The notes beneath the pieces were generated by a model that searched no databases, was not told the origin of the DNA, and worked only from the letters and a program-made list of their open reading frames with translations. Of a DNA stretch of 64,000 bases, positions 41,968-52,828 are shown one piece after another. Both the position numbers and the translations under genes were made by a program. This DNA comes from Candidatus Dormiibacterota bacterium (lineage in GTDB: Bacteria; Chloroflexota; Dormibacteria; Aeolococcales; Aeolococcaceae). Location: positions 1-64,000 of the forward strand of contig CAVPXI010000011.1 in assembly GCA_963709585.1 (NCBI GenBank). The letters are read 5' to 3'. Every line of letters starts with the position of its first letter. The first letter of the stretch is position 1.

Positions 41968-43461
41968 TCAATTGAAGCCTCGAAGCGACGGCCAGGCTGC
42001 ATTGATGGACTCGCGCAGGTGCGTGCAGACGAGGATCGGCGTGCCGGCCTCCTGGTTGGCGACTGCATCCGGCATGCGCACCGAACCGGCGCGGGTGACA
42101 GTCCCGCAGAAGAACGCGATGTCGCCGGGGTTGAATCCCACCGTCACAAGTGTCGTGGCGTCAAGGTTCGCCGGCTTCCAGTACCAGAACGTGAGCTGAG
42201 CGCTGATCGCCTGAGGGAGGTGCTCGCGACCGCCATAGATGTCGATCGCGCCCGCCTCGCCGTAGTTGTTGGTGAGGATCGACGTCGTCGACCGCTGCGC
42301 TGCGGGCAGGGCGTTGTACACCGCCGCGATCTGCGAAGCCACGTCCGGCCAGCCAACGGTATCGGCGAAGTCCTGGCGCAGCTTGTCGAGGTTGAACCTG
42401 TGCAGCGATGACGTGGGGACGACCGGAAGGATCACCGGGAGCAGCAGCACCAGCTGGACGAAGCCTGCACCAACCACGAGACCGGTCACCCGACGCCGGC
42501 GCGTGAGCGACACGATCCTGTCCACGGCCATGCATCCCGCAGCGAGCACCAATGGAATCGTCGGCGCGGGGTAATACGCCTTGCCCTCGGGCAGAAGCAC
42601 GAGGATCGCGACCGCCGTGAGCACGCCGAGCGGCCGGAGCCGCTGATCGCGGAGGAGGAGCAGCAGCCCCGCAATCCAGATCGGGAGGGTGAGCGGTCCG
42701 GTGTAGAGGATGAAATCGGCGATAAACGTGACCATGCCGCCGCTGTTCGCGATGTCCGCGCTGTGATTGCGGACATACGTCAGCGAGGGAAATGCATTGG
42801 CGATCTGCCACGCGACGTTCGGAGCGAACAGGGCGAGCGCGATCACCACTCCGATCCATGGATATCGTGTGCGCAGAAACGGCCGAAGGTCGCGCGACAC
42901 CAGCACCGCTGCGACGATGCCGGCGCAGAGCGCGAGGATGGTCAGCTTGGTTTCGAGCCCGACACCGATGTCGACGCCGAGCAGGATGAAGAGGCGCGCG
43001 TCACCGGTGCGCAGGATGCGGAGCAGCAGGAAGATGGCGATCAACCAGGTGAGTTGATCGAACGTCACCGTCTGAAAGAGCCAGTTGGCGCCGAGCAGAA
43101 GCGGGCTCATCAAGGTCACGAGCGATGCGAGGATGGCGATGCCCCGGCCGGCCCCCATCTCTCGCGCGCACATGCCGGCGAGGAACACCACCAGGGCGCC
43201 GGCGAGCGCGGGGAACAGCCGAAACGTCCACGGCGAGATGCCGAAGATGCTGGTGTTGAGCCATGCGAGCATCGGCGTGACCGGCGGATAGTCCACGTAT
43301 CCCAAGGCGGGATGCTGGCCGCTGATGATGTAGTACATCTCGTCGCGCTGAAAGCCGTACAAGCCGTTGGTGGCGAGATGGATCGCGAACTTCAGCGCCG
43401 CGATCCCGAGCAGCGGCGCGGTTGGACGACGCCACCAGCGGCGCACCGCAGCGAAGCTCAT
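41968..43461 (-). CDS. GT39/ArnT-like GT-C glycosyltransferase
   Basis: YGFQRDEMYY..ALGYVDYPP, ETK, PNVAWQ, NYGEAGA. Confidence 0.88.
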   Translation of the reverse strand: MSFAAVRRWWRRPTAPLLGIAALKFAIHLATNGLYGFQRDEMYYIISGQHPALGYVDYPPVTPMLAWLNTSIFGISPWTFRLFPALAGALVVFLAGMCAREMGAGRGIAILASLVTLMSPLLLGANWLFQTVTFDQLTWLIAIFLLLRILRTGDARLFILLGVDIGVGLETKLTILALCAGIVAAVLVSRDLRPFLRTRYPWIGVVIALALFAPNVAWQIANAFPSLTYVRNHSADIANSGGMVTFIADFILYTGPLTLPIWIAGLLLLLRDQRLRPLGVLTAVAILVLLPEGKAYYPAPTIPLVLAAGCMAVDRIVSLTRRRRVTGLVVGAGFVQLVLLLPVILPVVPTSSLHRFNLDKLRQDFADTVGWPDVASQIAAVYNALPAAQRSTTSILTNNYGEAGAIDIYGGREHLPQAISAQLTFWYWKPANLDATTLVTVGFNPGDIAFFCGTVTRAGSVRMPDAVANQEAGTPILVCTHLRESINAAWPSLRGFN

Positions 43462-43537
43462 CGAGCCGGCGATCGCAGTGCGCGGCACTGCATCCGGCGC
43501 CCACGGGGTGCCATCTCGTGAGCGCCGGACGTGAAGG

Positions 43538-44905
43538 CTAGGCCGCCCCGGCGGGGACCTTCGGAAGCTCCGCGAGCGCGATGTCGAGCCGCTCCTGTGG
43601 GAGTTCCACGTCCTCGAGCTTGCCCGCGAAGTACGCGTCGTAGGCGCCGAGGTCGAAGTGCCCGTGGCCCGAGAGGTTGAAGAGGATCACGCGCGAATCG
43701 CCCGCCTCGCGGGCGGCGGCGGCTTCCTGCGCAACTGCGCGCAGCGCGTGCGACGGCTCCGGTGCGGGGAGGATTCCCTCGCTGCGCGCGAAGCGCACCG
43801 CCTCCGCGAAGCACTCGTTCTGCTTGTACGCGCGAGCCTCGATGAGGCCGTTCTTCACAAGCAGGCAGAGCGAGGGTGCATCGCCGTGATACCGCAGGCC
43901 GCCCGCATGGATGCTGTCGGGAATGAAGTTGTGGCCGAGCGTGTACATCGGCACGACCGGTCCCATCCCCGCGGTGTCACCGAAGTCGTATGCGAAGAGA
44001 CCGCGCGTGAGGGTCGGGCACGCGGCCGGTTCCGCGGCGATGAAACGGGTGTTGGTCTTGCCGGCGAGGCGATCGGCGAGGAACGGATACGCGAGGCCGG
44101 CAAAGTTCGAGCCACCGCCGACGCAGCCGATCACCACGTCGGGATACGCATCGGCCATCTCCATCTGCTTCTGCGCCTCCTGACCGATGACGGTCTGATG
44201 GAGGAGCACGTGGTTGACCACCGAGCCGAGCGAGTAATGGCTGTCGTCGCGGGTCGCGGCGTCCTCGACGGCCTCGGAGATGGCGATCCCGAGGCTCCCC
44301 GGCGAATCCGGCTTCGCGGCGAGCACGCTGCGACCGAACTCGGTCTGGTCGGTCGGGGAGGGGAGGACCTTCGCGCCCCACGTCTCCATGAGGGCACGGC
44401 GGTACGGTTTCTGCTCATACGAGACTTTGACCATGTAGACCATGACCTCGAGGCCGAAGAGGCCACCCGCAAACGCGAGTGCCGAGCCCCACTGGCCGGC
44501 GCCGGTCTCGGTGGTCAGCCGCTTGATGCCTTCCTCGGCGTTGTAATACGCCTGCGCCACCGCGGTGTTGGGTTTGTGGGATCCCGCCGGCGATGTTCCC
44601 TCGTACTTGTAGAAGATCCTTGCGGGGGTGTCGAGCGCCTTCTCCAGACGGCTGGCGCGATAGAGCGGGGTGGGGCGCCACAGCTTGTAGATGTCGCGGA
44701 CGCGATCGGGGATCTCGATCCAGCGCTCCGACGAGACCTCCTGCCCGATGATGGCCATGGGGAAGATGGGGGTGAGGTCTGGGGGCGTCAGCGGCTCGAG
44801 AGTCCGCGGGCTCAGAAAGGCACCGAGCGGCTCCGGGACATCCGCGAGGATGTTGTACCAGTGCGACGGCAGCTCGTCTTCCGTCAGCAAGAACTTGGTT
44901 GTCAT
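43538..44905 (-). CDS. trpB2: TrpB-like PLP enzyme (TrpB2)
   Basis: [45 protein letters not shown]. Confidence 0.93.
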   Translation of the reverse strand: MTTKFLLTEDELPSHWYNILADVPEPLGAFLSPRTLEPLTPPDLTPIFPMAIIGQEVSSERWIEIPDRVRDIYKLWRPTPLYRASRLEKALDTPARIFYKYEGTSPAGSHKPNTAVAQAYYNAEEGIKRLTTETGAGQWGSALAFAGGLFGLEVMVYMVKVSYEQKPYRRALMETWGAKVLPSPTDQTEFGRSVLAAKPDSPGSLGIAISEAVEDAATRDDSHYSLGSVVNHVLLHQTVIGQEAQKQMEMADAYPDVVIGCVGGGSNFAGLAYPFLADRLAGKTNTRFIAAEPAACPTLTRGLFAYDFGDTAGMGPVVPMYTLGHNFIPDSIHAGGLRYHGDAPSLCLLVKNGLIEARAYKQNECFAEAVRFARSEGILPAPEPSHALRAVAQEAAAAREAGDSRVILFNLSGHGHFDLGAYDAYFAGKLEDVELPQERLDIALAELPKVPAGAA

Positions 44906-45015
44906 CGGTGCCACCTCTGCCAATCGCTCTGACGCGTGCAGCCGAGGATACGCCGCGCGTGGTGGCAAGTCACAGGGCGTGACGTGGGCCGCGCCGCCGA
45001 CCCTATCCTTGCTCG

Positions 45016-45795
45016 ATGCGCCTGGCCACCTGGAACGTGAACTCGGTCGTCGTGCGGCTCCCGCGCCTCGTCGAATGGCTCGCCTCGAGCAGCCCCGACA
45101 TCCTGTGCCTGCAGGAGACCAAGGTCGCGAATGACGCGTTTCCGCGCGGAGACGTGGAGGCGCTCGGCTACGAGCTGGCGCTGCACGGGGACGGACGGTG
45201 GAACGGCGTCGCGATCATCTCGCGGGTCGGTCTGGCCGACGTGGTCCGAGATTTCGACGGTGAGCCCGGCTTCCCCGGGGTGGAGGCGCGCGCGGTGAGC
45301 GCCACCTGCGGGGGCCTGCGCGTCTGGTCGCTGTACGTGCCCAATGGACGCGCGCTCGACAGCGATCACTATCCCTACAAGCTGAGCTGGCTGGCGGCGT
45401 TGCGCGGGTCGCTGCTTGCAACCCAGGCCACGTCACCACCGCTGGTCGTGTGCGGCGACTTCAACATCGCTCCGAGTGACGACGACGTGTGGGATCCGGC
45501 GGCTTTCATAGGGTCGACCCACGTCAGCGTCCCGGAGCGCGAGGCGCTCGCAGCCATCACCAGCCTGGGGCTGGACGACGTCCATCCCCGCGCCCTGAAG
45601 GGGCGCCCGTTCACCTACTGGGATTACCGTGCCGGCAACTTCCACAAGGGCCTCGGCATGCGCATCGACCTCGTGCTGCTCGACCACGCGGTGACCCCGG
45701 CGGTGACCGACGCGTACATCGATCGCGATGCACGCAAGGGGACGCTGCCGTCCGACCACGCACCGCTCGTGGTCGACCTCGACTGGCCGCGGTAG
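45016..45795 (+). CDS. xth: Exodeoxyribonuclease III
   Basis: [42 protein letters not shown]; TATCCT -10 box 6 nt upstream. Confidence 0.95.
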   Translation: MRLATWNVNSVVVRLPRLVEWLASSSPDILCLQETKVANDAFPRGDVEALGYELALHGDGRWNGVAIISRVGLADVVRDFDGEPGFPGVEARAVSATCGGLRVWSLYVPNGRALDSDHYPYKLSWLAALRGSLLATQATSPPLVVCGDFNIAPSDDDVWDPAAFIGSTHVSVPEREALAAITSLGLDDVHPRALKGRPFTYWDYRAGNFHKGLGMRIDLVLLDHAVTPAVTDAYIDRDARKGTLPSDHAPLVVDLDWPR

Positions 45796-45865
45796 CCCAG
45801 GGGCGCAATGGCTCGGAGCGGGCATATCCTCAGCGTGTGGCCACGCCCGTCCGAGCAGCGCGGAC

Positions 45866-46898
45866 ATGAGGCCGGCTGTCGTGCTGGTCGCGATCATTGC
45901 GGCGGCGGCGGCGGCCGGCACCGCGGTCTCGCTCACGCAGCGGCCGCACGCGACGCCGCACTCATCGAGCCCGTCGCCGAGCGTGGCGTTGACTTCCACC
46001 CGCGAACCAACCGGCGGTGGCGTTCGGGTTCTCGGTCGCCGCGGATCTCGCCTTTCATTCCCTGGTGCTGTTCGGCGGGGTCGACGACTTCGACACCACG
46101 TGGCTCTGGAACGGCGCAGCCTGGGTTCGGGTCCACCCGGCAACGAGCCCGCCGGGGCGCTACGGCGCCTCAGAGGCGTTTGACCCGCAGATCGGCGAAG
46201 TCGTGCTTTACGGCGGAACCCTGCAGACAGGGCAGAGTGCCGGCGACACGTGGGCGTGGGATGGCCGAACCTGGCAGGAGCTCGACGCCGGACACCTCGG
46301 GCCGGCGGGTGGGTCCGGTTCGGACATGGCCTGGGACCCGGCCCAGAACCAGGTGGTGCTGGTCACCGCGCCGCCGGCCGGCCGGGGCGGCGGCGAGACG
46401 TGGACCTGGAGTGGTGCGCGCTGGGTGCGCGCCGTCGCCGGGGACCTCGGGACGAGCTACTCCGGCATCGTGATCGGCTTCGACCCGCTTTCGAACTCGC
46501 TGATGGCGGAAGGATGTTGCCAGTCGCAGCCCAGGCTGCCGTCCACGTGGCGCTGGAACGGGTCGGCGTGGAGCCTGCTCAAAACGTCAGTCCATCCCCA
46601 GGACGGATCCAGCCTGGAGGCGGATCCGTCACTCCGCCGTCTTGTGCTGTGCGGCTGCGATCTCGCCGGGGGATTGAGCCCCGAGATGTGGGTCTGGAGC
46701 GGACAGGACTGGATGCCGGGCCCGTACCCGCGACCACCGGTTGTGCCTGAGGCAGAGGTCATCGACGCGGCTGATTCGCAGTTCCTGGTGCTCGGCTCCG
46801 CGATCGGCGGGGCCGACGCCTTGGCGCAGACGCTCCAGGTGTGGACTCTGCGGGGAAAGCAGTGGCTGCAACTCGGTGCGGATGCCGGGCACGGCTAG
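45866..46898 (+). CDS. Exported Kelch-like beta-propeller protein (frameshifted near 45994)
   Basis: Signal/TM, then repeats VLFGG..TWLWNGAAW, TWAWDGRTW, TWTWSGARW, TWRWNGSAW. Confidence 0.75.
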
Positions 46899-46993
46899 CG
46901 GCGCCGCTCATCTCACGAGCCCCGCGATGCCGCGCTAGAATCCCGTGCGCCTGCGCTTGCGGCGCGCCGAATCGAGACTGGGAGGATTGGGCT

Positions 46994-47596
46994 GTGTCCT
47001 GGAAGATATCGGGGTCCTACTTCGAGACCTGCTCGTGCAACGTGGTCTGCCCGTGCACCGCGTCGCTGGCGCTGGGTGCCACACTCGACCGTTGCAAGGT
47101 CACGCTCGTGTTCAACATTCACAGCGGGAACGTCGAGGGGACGGATGTCGGTGGGCTGACCGTCGCCGCGATCGCGGATACACCCAAGGTGATGTCCGAC
47201 GGCAACTGGCGCCTGGGCGTCTTCATCGATGCGGCCGCCTCCGAGGAGCAGGCAGAGCGGCTCGGTGGCGTGTTCTCCGGGGCGCTCGGCGGCCCAATGG
47301 GCGGCCTGGCTCCGCTGGTGTCGGAGAACCTCGGCGTCCAGCGGGTGCCGATCGAGGTCCGCGAGGATGGCCTGCGCCATTCGGTTCGAATCGGCGACGC
47401 CGTGGACTTCGAGGTCGAGGACGTGGTCCCCTTCGGGGTGGAGACCGGCCAGCCCGTCAGGCTCGTCGGGATATTCCACCCGGCGGCATCGGAGCTGACC
47501 GTGGCTCGAGCAACACGGTCGAAGATCAACGGCTTCGGGATCGAGTACGAGGGCAAGTCCGGCTTCTCCACGTCGCAATTCTCGTGGTCGGCGTAG
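46994..47596 (+). CDS. DUF1326 domain protein
   Basis: WKISGSYFETCSCNVVCPC, GNW, IDAAASEEQ, FSWSA. Confidence 0.85.
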   Translation: MSWKISGSYFETCSCNVVCPCTASLALGATLDRCKVTLVFNIHSGNVEGTDVGGLTVAAIADTPKVMSDGNWRLGVFIDAAASEEQAERLGGVFSGALGGPMGGLAPLVSENLGVQRVPIEVREDGLRHSVRIGDAVDFEVEDVVPFGVETGQPVRLVGIFHPAASELTVARATRSKINGFGIEYEGKSGFSTSQFSWSA

Positions 47597-48423
47597 ACAC
47601 GGTCGGGTCGTCTGCCACAGCCGAGAAAGGCGATACCGAGGGTCTCGCGGAAATCTTCGCGGCGGTCCGGGCGCGCCTGGGCCTGGTCGCGCTGCTCCTC
47701 GTCCTTGCCGGGCTCGCCTGGTGGGCGACCGCCAATCAGATGGCGGGGATGGATGCGGGTCCAGGCGCCGACCTGGGCGCGCTCGGCTGGTTCATCGGCG
47801 TCTGGGTGGTGATGATGGCCGCGATGATGTTCCCGTCGGTCGCTCCGACGGTGGCGCTGTACGCGCGGATGACACGCCGTCGCAACCCCGCACGCCCGCT
47901 CCTGTTCACCGCCGCGTATCTGCTGGTCTGGTCCGCGGTCGGACTACTCTCCTATGGTCTCTTCGAGTTGGGCAAGGGCTTGTTCGGAGCACAGCTCGCC
48001 TGGGACGCCGGCGGGCGTTGGGTCGCTGCGGCGATCCTTGCGGCCGCAGCCCTGTACGAACTGACACCGCTGAAGAACGCATGCCTGGGGAAGTGTCGAA
48101 GCCCTTTGGGCTTCCTGCTCGGCAGCTGGCGCGACGGGTCGAGCGGCGCCGTCAAGATGGGAGCCAGGCATGCGGCCTGGTGCGTCGGGTGCTGCTGGGC
48201 CCTCATGGCCGCGCTGTTCGCGCTCGGGGTGATGAGCCTCGTTTGGATGGCGGTGGTCGCCGCCCTGATCGCGGCTGAGAAGACCATTCCCTGGGGCCGG
48301 CCCGTGGTGTGGACCACGACCGCAATCCTGCTCGTGCTGGCGGTCATGGTGGCGGTAGCCCCGGACGCGGTACCCGGCCTGGTCGTCCCGAGCGCCTCGA
48401 GCACCATGGCGGGAATGCACTGA
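47584..48423 (+). CDS. DUF2182 metal-binding membrane protein
   Basis: WVVMMAAMMFPS, YELTPLKNACLGKCRSP, CVGCCWALM, AEK; start uncertain. Confidence 0.85.
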   Translation: MVGVDTVGSSATAEKGDTEGLAEIFAAVRARLGLVALLLVLAGLAWWATANQMAGMDAGPGADLGALGWFIGVWVVMMAAMMFPSVAPTVALYARMTRRRNPARPLLFTAAYLLVWSAVGLLSYGLFELGKGLFGAQLAWDAGGRWVAAAILAAAALYELTPLKNACLGKCRSPLGFLLGSWRDGSSGAVKMGARHAAWCVGCCWALMAALFALGVMSLVWMAVVAALIAAEKTIPWGRPVVWTTTAILLVLAVMVAVAPDAVPGLVVPSASSTMAGMH

Positions 48424-48467
48424 TCCCAGGACGGGGACGCGCCCAGTGCGGGGGCGGCCGGCGCTCG

Positions 48468-48896
48468 TTACAGCTCCAGGGTCGCCTCCGCAGTGATCGG
48501 CACGGCCGCGAGTGCCTTCGACACCGGGCAGTTCGCCTTGGCGTCCTCGACCGCCGCCTTGAACACCGCGGCGTCGATACCGGGGACTTTCCCCTTCACG
48601 ATCAGATGAATAGCGGAAATACCCTCTGTGACCCCGAACGTCACCTTGGCGGTGGTGTCGAGCCGGTCGGGCGGGTGTCCGGCGCCGGCGAGGCCGTTGG
48701 CGAGTGCCATCGACAGGCAGCCGGAGTGAGCGGCGGCGATCAGCTCCTCGGGGCTCGTGCCGCTGGCGCGCAACTCGGCGCGCTGGTTCCACGTCAGAGC
48801 CTGCTCGGGAAACGCACCGCTCGCCGGTCGAACGGTGCCCTTGCCACTGACCAGGTCGCCTTCCCACGTTGCGCTGGCACTACTTTCGACAGTCAT
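48468..48896 (-). CDS. osmC: OsmC family peroxiredoxin
   Basis: ATWEG..GKG, TSPEELIAAAHSGC, AKANCPVSKAL. Confidence 0.92.
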   Translation of the reverse strand: MTVESSASATWEGDLVSGKGTVRPASGAFPEQALTWNQRAELRASGTSPEELIAAAHSGCLSMALANGLAGAGHPPDRLDTTAKVTFGVTEGISAIHLIVKGKVPGIDAAVFKAAVEDAKANCPVSKALAAVPITAEATLEL

Positions 48897-48953
48897 GCGG
48901 GGCTCCTTTCACGAACACGGACGGCAAACTCAGATTAGCGATGGCAGCCGGGA

Positions 48954-49923
48954 TCAGGCGTTGACCCGGGCCATGTAGGCATCGGCGCCACGAGCGCCGG
49001 CGACCCGGTCCGGCGACGCCACCTCGTCGATCTCGCGGAGGTCGTCGGTGCTCAGGATCACGTCGGCGGCGGCGGCGTTGGCCTCGAGGTTCTGGCGCTT
49101 GCGCGTTCCGGGGATCGGGACGATGTCGTCGCCCTGATGGAGGACCCAGGCGAGCGCCAGTTGAGCGGTGCTGATGTCATGGCCTCGGGCGATCTCCTCG
49201 AGGCGACCGACCAGCCGGACGTTGTGGTCGAAGTTCTCCTCCTGCCAGCGAGGGACACTGCGCCGCCAGTCATCGGCGGGGATGTCCTCGAGGCGCTGGA
49301 ACCGACCGGTGAGCAGGCCGCGGCCGAGCGGGCTGTACGCGACGAAGCCGATCCCGAGCTCGCGTGTCGTCGGGATGATCGCCTCCTCGGGCTCGCGGCT
49401 GAACATCGAATACTCGGTCTGAAGAGCGGTGATGGGATGGGTGGCGTGCGCGCGCCGGATGGTGTCTGGGGCGGCCTCGGAGAGTCCGAGGTAGCGGACC
49501 AACCCGGCGGAGACCAACTCGGCCATCGCGCCGACGGTCTCCTCGATCGGCGTCGAGGGATCCACGCGGTGGAGGTAGTACAGGTCGACATAGTCGGTGC
49601 CGAGGCGCGCGAGGCTCTCCTCGAGTGCGGGTGCGAACCTTGGCGTGTCTGCCGAGACCGCTGCCGCCGCCACCCCCGAACTTGGTGGCGAGCACCACCT
49701 CGGCACGGCGACCGGCGATCGCCCGGCCCACCACCTCCTCGCTGTGGCCCGATCCGTAGATGTTGGCGGTGTCGATGAACGTGACCCCGAGGTCGAGGGC
49801 ACGGGCGATGGTCGCGGCCAACTCTTCGTCCTCGGCGCTGCCGTAGACGCCGGCGAAGCTCATCGCCCCGAGTCCGACGGCCGAGACCGTCGGGCCAGCT
49901 GTTCCGAGACGGCGATGCTGCAT
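48954..49923 (-). CDS. Aldo/keto reductase (frameshifted near 49635)
   Basis: GLGAM, DTANIYG, ATKFG, DLYYLHR, GLSE, YSPLGRG, PIPGT. Confidence 0.9.
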
Positions 49924-50038
49924 GGGGGATCCTCCGGGTGACCGAGTGGCTGATCTCAGGCTAGCGGTTTGGCCCCGCACGACGCGTAGGATCGCTCGCG
50001 TCGGAGCGCCTGGCTCGACGATACGAAGGGGACCTGTG

Positions 50039-51103
50039 ATGAGCACGGTTGACGCCGGACGATTCTGGGACAGTGGGACGGCGCCCTCTCGGTGGTGGCA
50101 GCAACGCCTGACCGGCCGGGTCTCCGAGCACGTGATCGAATCACGCGTCCTCGCCGGAAATCACCTGGGCGACCCCGTCGAGCGACCGTTGTGGGTGTAC
50201 ACCCCGCCGGGGTACGCCAGCTCGGAGGAGCGTTATCCGTCGGTGTACGTCATCCAGGGATACACCGGGCAGGCGGTCATGTGGTGGGGGCGGTCGCCTT
50301 TTCGAGAGGGGTTCCCCGCCGCGGTGGATCGCATCTTCGCGAGTGGTGAAGCGTCGCCGTGCATCGTCGCGTACGTCGATGCATGGACTGCGTACGGCGG
50401 TTCGCAGTTTGTCGATTCACCCGGAACGGGGCGCTATCACACCTACCTGTGCGACGAGATCGTGCCCTTCGTCGACGAGCATTACCGCACCATGGCAGGC
50501 CCGGCGCACCGCGGGATCATGGGGAAATCGAGCGGCGGATTCGGCGCGATGATCACCCCGATGCTGCGCCCGGATCTCTTCGGTGGCATGGCAACGCATG
50601 CGGGGGACGGGCTGTACGAATGTTGCTACATCCCCGAGTTCGCCAAGGCGGCGCGATTGCTTCGCGACTACAACGGCGACATCTTCGCCTGGTGGAAGGA
50701 TTTTCAATCGCGCACCGCGTTCACCAAGGAGGGCGATCAACTCCTGGTGATGACCCTCGGTGTCTCGGCGTGTTTCTCGGCTCGCGACGACGGCACGCCG
50801 GAGTTGCCGTTCGATCCGAGGACCGGGCGGCTGCGCGACGATGTCTGGGCCCGCTGGCTCGCGTGGGATCCGGTGCGCATGGTCCCGCACTACGCGGACG
50901 CGTTGCGGGCGCAGCGCGCCGTGTGGATCGATGCGGGGACACGGGATGACTGGTATCTAGACTTAGCGGCGACCGCGTTCCGCGATGAGCTTGCGAAGAT
51001 CGGTGTCACCGACGTGCAGTTCGAGCTGTTCGACGCGACTCACATGGGCATCGACTACCGCTATCCGAAATCGCTCGCATACCTCAGCGAACGCCTTCGC
51101 TGA
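50039..51103 (+). CDS. Enterochelin-esterase-like alpha/beta hydrolase
   Basis: [21 protein letters not shown] nucleophile elbow. Confidence 0.85.
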   Translation: MSTVDAGRFWDSGTAPSRWWQQRLTGRVSEHVIESRVLAGNHLGDPVERPLWVYTPPGYASSEERYPSVYVIQGYTGQAVMWWGRSPFREGFPAAVDRIFASGEASPCIVAYVDAWTAYGGSQFVDSPGTGRYHTYLCDEIVPFVDEHYRTMAGPAHRGIMGKSSGGFGAMITPMLRPDLFGGMATHAGDGLYECCYIPEFAKAARLLRDYNGDIFAWWKDFQSRTAFTKEGDQLLVMTLGVSACFSARDDGTPELPFDPRTGRLRDDVWARWLAWDPVRMVPHYADALRAQRAVWIDAGTRDDWYLDLAATAFRDELAKIGVTDVQFELFDATHMGIDYRYPKSLAYLSERLR

Positions 51104-51106
51104 GGC

Positions 51107-51622
51107 TCAGGGCCACTGCTCCCAACGGCGCATCGTCGCGGCGATGGACTCCTCCTCGAACGCGAGATGGGCGAGGAGATCGTCCTCGAGCCGGCTCAAC
51201 GCGTTGATCAGGCGTTCCCGCACCGGGTTCACCGCCGCGTCGTCGAGCTGTCTGGCCGACTCCTCGACGTGGTCGAGCAGCTTGGAGATCGACCGGTGAT
51301 CCGCCTCCAGCCTGTCGACGACCGCCGACAGCTCGGGGTTCGACCGGCGCAGGGCGGGAAACATGTCCGCGTCCTCGAGCCCGTGGTGGGCGTGCACCAC
51401 CCTGCAGTGGTACAGGCAGTTCACCTGCAGCGTCCAGATCGGACTGCGCGTCTCCAACGCAGCGATCTGCTCGGCGATATCCCGTGCCGGCGCGCCTGCT
51501 GCGACCTTGCCGGCGAGCTCCCTGCACACCGTGAGGTCGCTGCGCAGCATCTGATGGATGAGCTTGAGCTGGCGGTGCATGAGGATCCCGAACGGCGCCT
51601 CGCCGTTCTCCCGCGAGGTCAT
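51107..51622 (-). CDS. Hemerythrin-domain protein
   Basis: IHQMLR, HAHHGLED..FP, EADH, AHLAFEE. Confidence 0.85.
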   Translation of the reverse strand: MTSRENGEAPFGILMHRQLKLIHQMLRSDLTVCRELAGKVAAGAPARDIAEQIAALETRSPIWTLQVNCLYHCRVVHAHHGLEDADMFPALRRSNPELSAVVDRLEADHRSISKLLDHVEESARQLDDAAVNPVRERLINALSRLEDDLLAHLAFEEESIAATMRRWEQWP

Positions 51623-51623
51623 C

Positions 51624-52289
51624 TCAGAGCAGTCCCTCGCTGCGCAGCGCGTCCTCGACTCCGCCGATACCGCCGACCAGATACCCGGGGTGGTCGCGCT
51701 CGAGGATGTCGCGGTCGCGAATGCCCGAATACACCGCGATCGACAGATAGCCGAGCACGTTTGCGGCTGCCACGTCGGCCTCGCTATCGCCGATGACGAC
51801 GGCAGGGTCATCCGCGGGGATTGTCTTGCGGATCAGCCGAGCTTTCTCAAACGCGGGATCCGCACCCGGAGCGGCGGACTGGATGGCCTCGAAGAAGGGA
51901 GTGAGCGCGAACACGGCGAGCTGCGCCAGCAGCGCCGTCGCTGACGAACGGAGCGTCACCAGCGTGCAGCGATAGGTCGCGGCGAGCCGGGTGAGCACCG
52001 GGATCGTCTCCGGAAACAGGAGGTCGAACCCGAGACTGTCGGGGAGCTCGATGAGCTCCTCAAACGTCGCTTCGAAGGGCGCCACCTCGGCGTCATCCAG
52101 ACCGCTCTGGGCGAGGATCTCCGGCCAGCCGGTTCGCCGCCGCTTCAGGTGCCAGAACGCAGCGCGATCGAGGGGCTGACCGCCGAGCGACCGGCAGACG
52201 GTGCTGTAGACATGGTGGTGGCGCGCCGACACGTCGAGCAGGGTTCCGTCGAGGTCAAAGACGAGCGTCGGCGGCCGCTGTCCTGGCAA
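51624..52289 (-). CDS. HAD-family hydrolase
   Basis: FDLDGT, K, IGDSEAD; GGAGGAG RBS before TTG. Confidence 0.85.
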   Translation of the reverse strand: MPGQRPPTLVFDLDGTLLDVSARHHHVYSTVCRSLGGQPLDRAAFWHLKRRRTGWPEILAQSGLDDAEVAPFEATFEELIELPDSLGFDLLFPETIPVLTRLAATYRCTLVTLRSSATALLAQLAVFALTPFFEAIQSAAPGADPAFEKARLIRKTIPADDPAVVIGDSEADVAAANVLGYLSIAVYSGIRDRDILERDHPGYLVGGIGGVEDALRSEGLL

Positions 52290-52441
52290 TCTGCTCCTCC
52301 AACCCGTCGGCAAAGACGCGAGCCGGAGAGAATCCGGTCTCCTCGCGGAACCGCGTGACGTCGAGGACGATATCAGCCGCGGATCGGCGCCATAGTAGCC
52401 TGCCCCCGGCTCGGTTCCCGGCGGGGCCGGCGATCTACCGC

Positions 52442-52774
52442 CTACTCGTTGGAGTCCTTCCAGCCGAAGTGCTTCCAGCGGAAGACCCCGGTCAGCCCGA
52501 GGCGTGAGACATGGAGCTGCTCGAACTCCTCGTACTTGTCCGACGTGGCGCTGTCGACCGAGAGGTGCACCGCCTCGGTGGTGATCCGCGAGATGTCCGC
52601 GGCGGGAGCGAGATAGTGCTTGCGGCGGTGCGCGTGCTCGAACACGATGCCGTGGAAGATGTCCTCGTTGGCGAGGGCGGCGACCTCCACGACCTTCCCG
52701 ATATTTGTGCCGTCGCTGGTCACGACTGCCTCACCCGTCTTGACGGCGGTCCATGCGATCTGTTCTTCAGCCAT
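52442..52774 (-). CDS. DUF2171/PRC-barrel-like small protein
   Basis: VVTSDGTNIGKV, FHGI; TATGAT -10 box 7 nt upstream. Confidence 0.6.
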   Translation of the reverse strand: MAEEQIAWTAVKTGEAVVTSDGTNIGKVVEVAALANEDIFHGIVFEHAHRRKHYLAPAADISRITTEAVHLSVDSATSDKYEEFEQLHVSRLGLTGVFRWKHFGWKDSNE

Positions 52775-52828
52775 GCGACTCATCATAGAGCCGGTGCTCT
52801 CCGGCATCGGGGGACCGATCGAGGGGGA

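Noticed and set aside
43538-44905. Stand-alone TrpB without trpA
   Set aside because: Normal for the TrpB2 family
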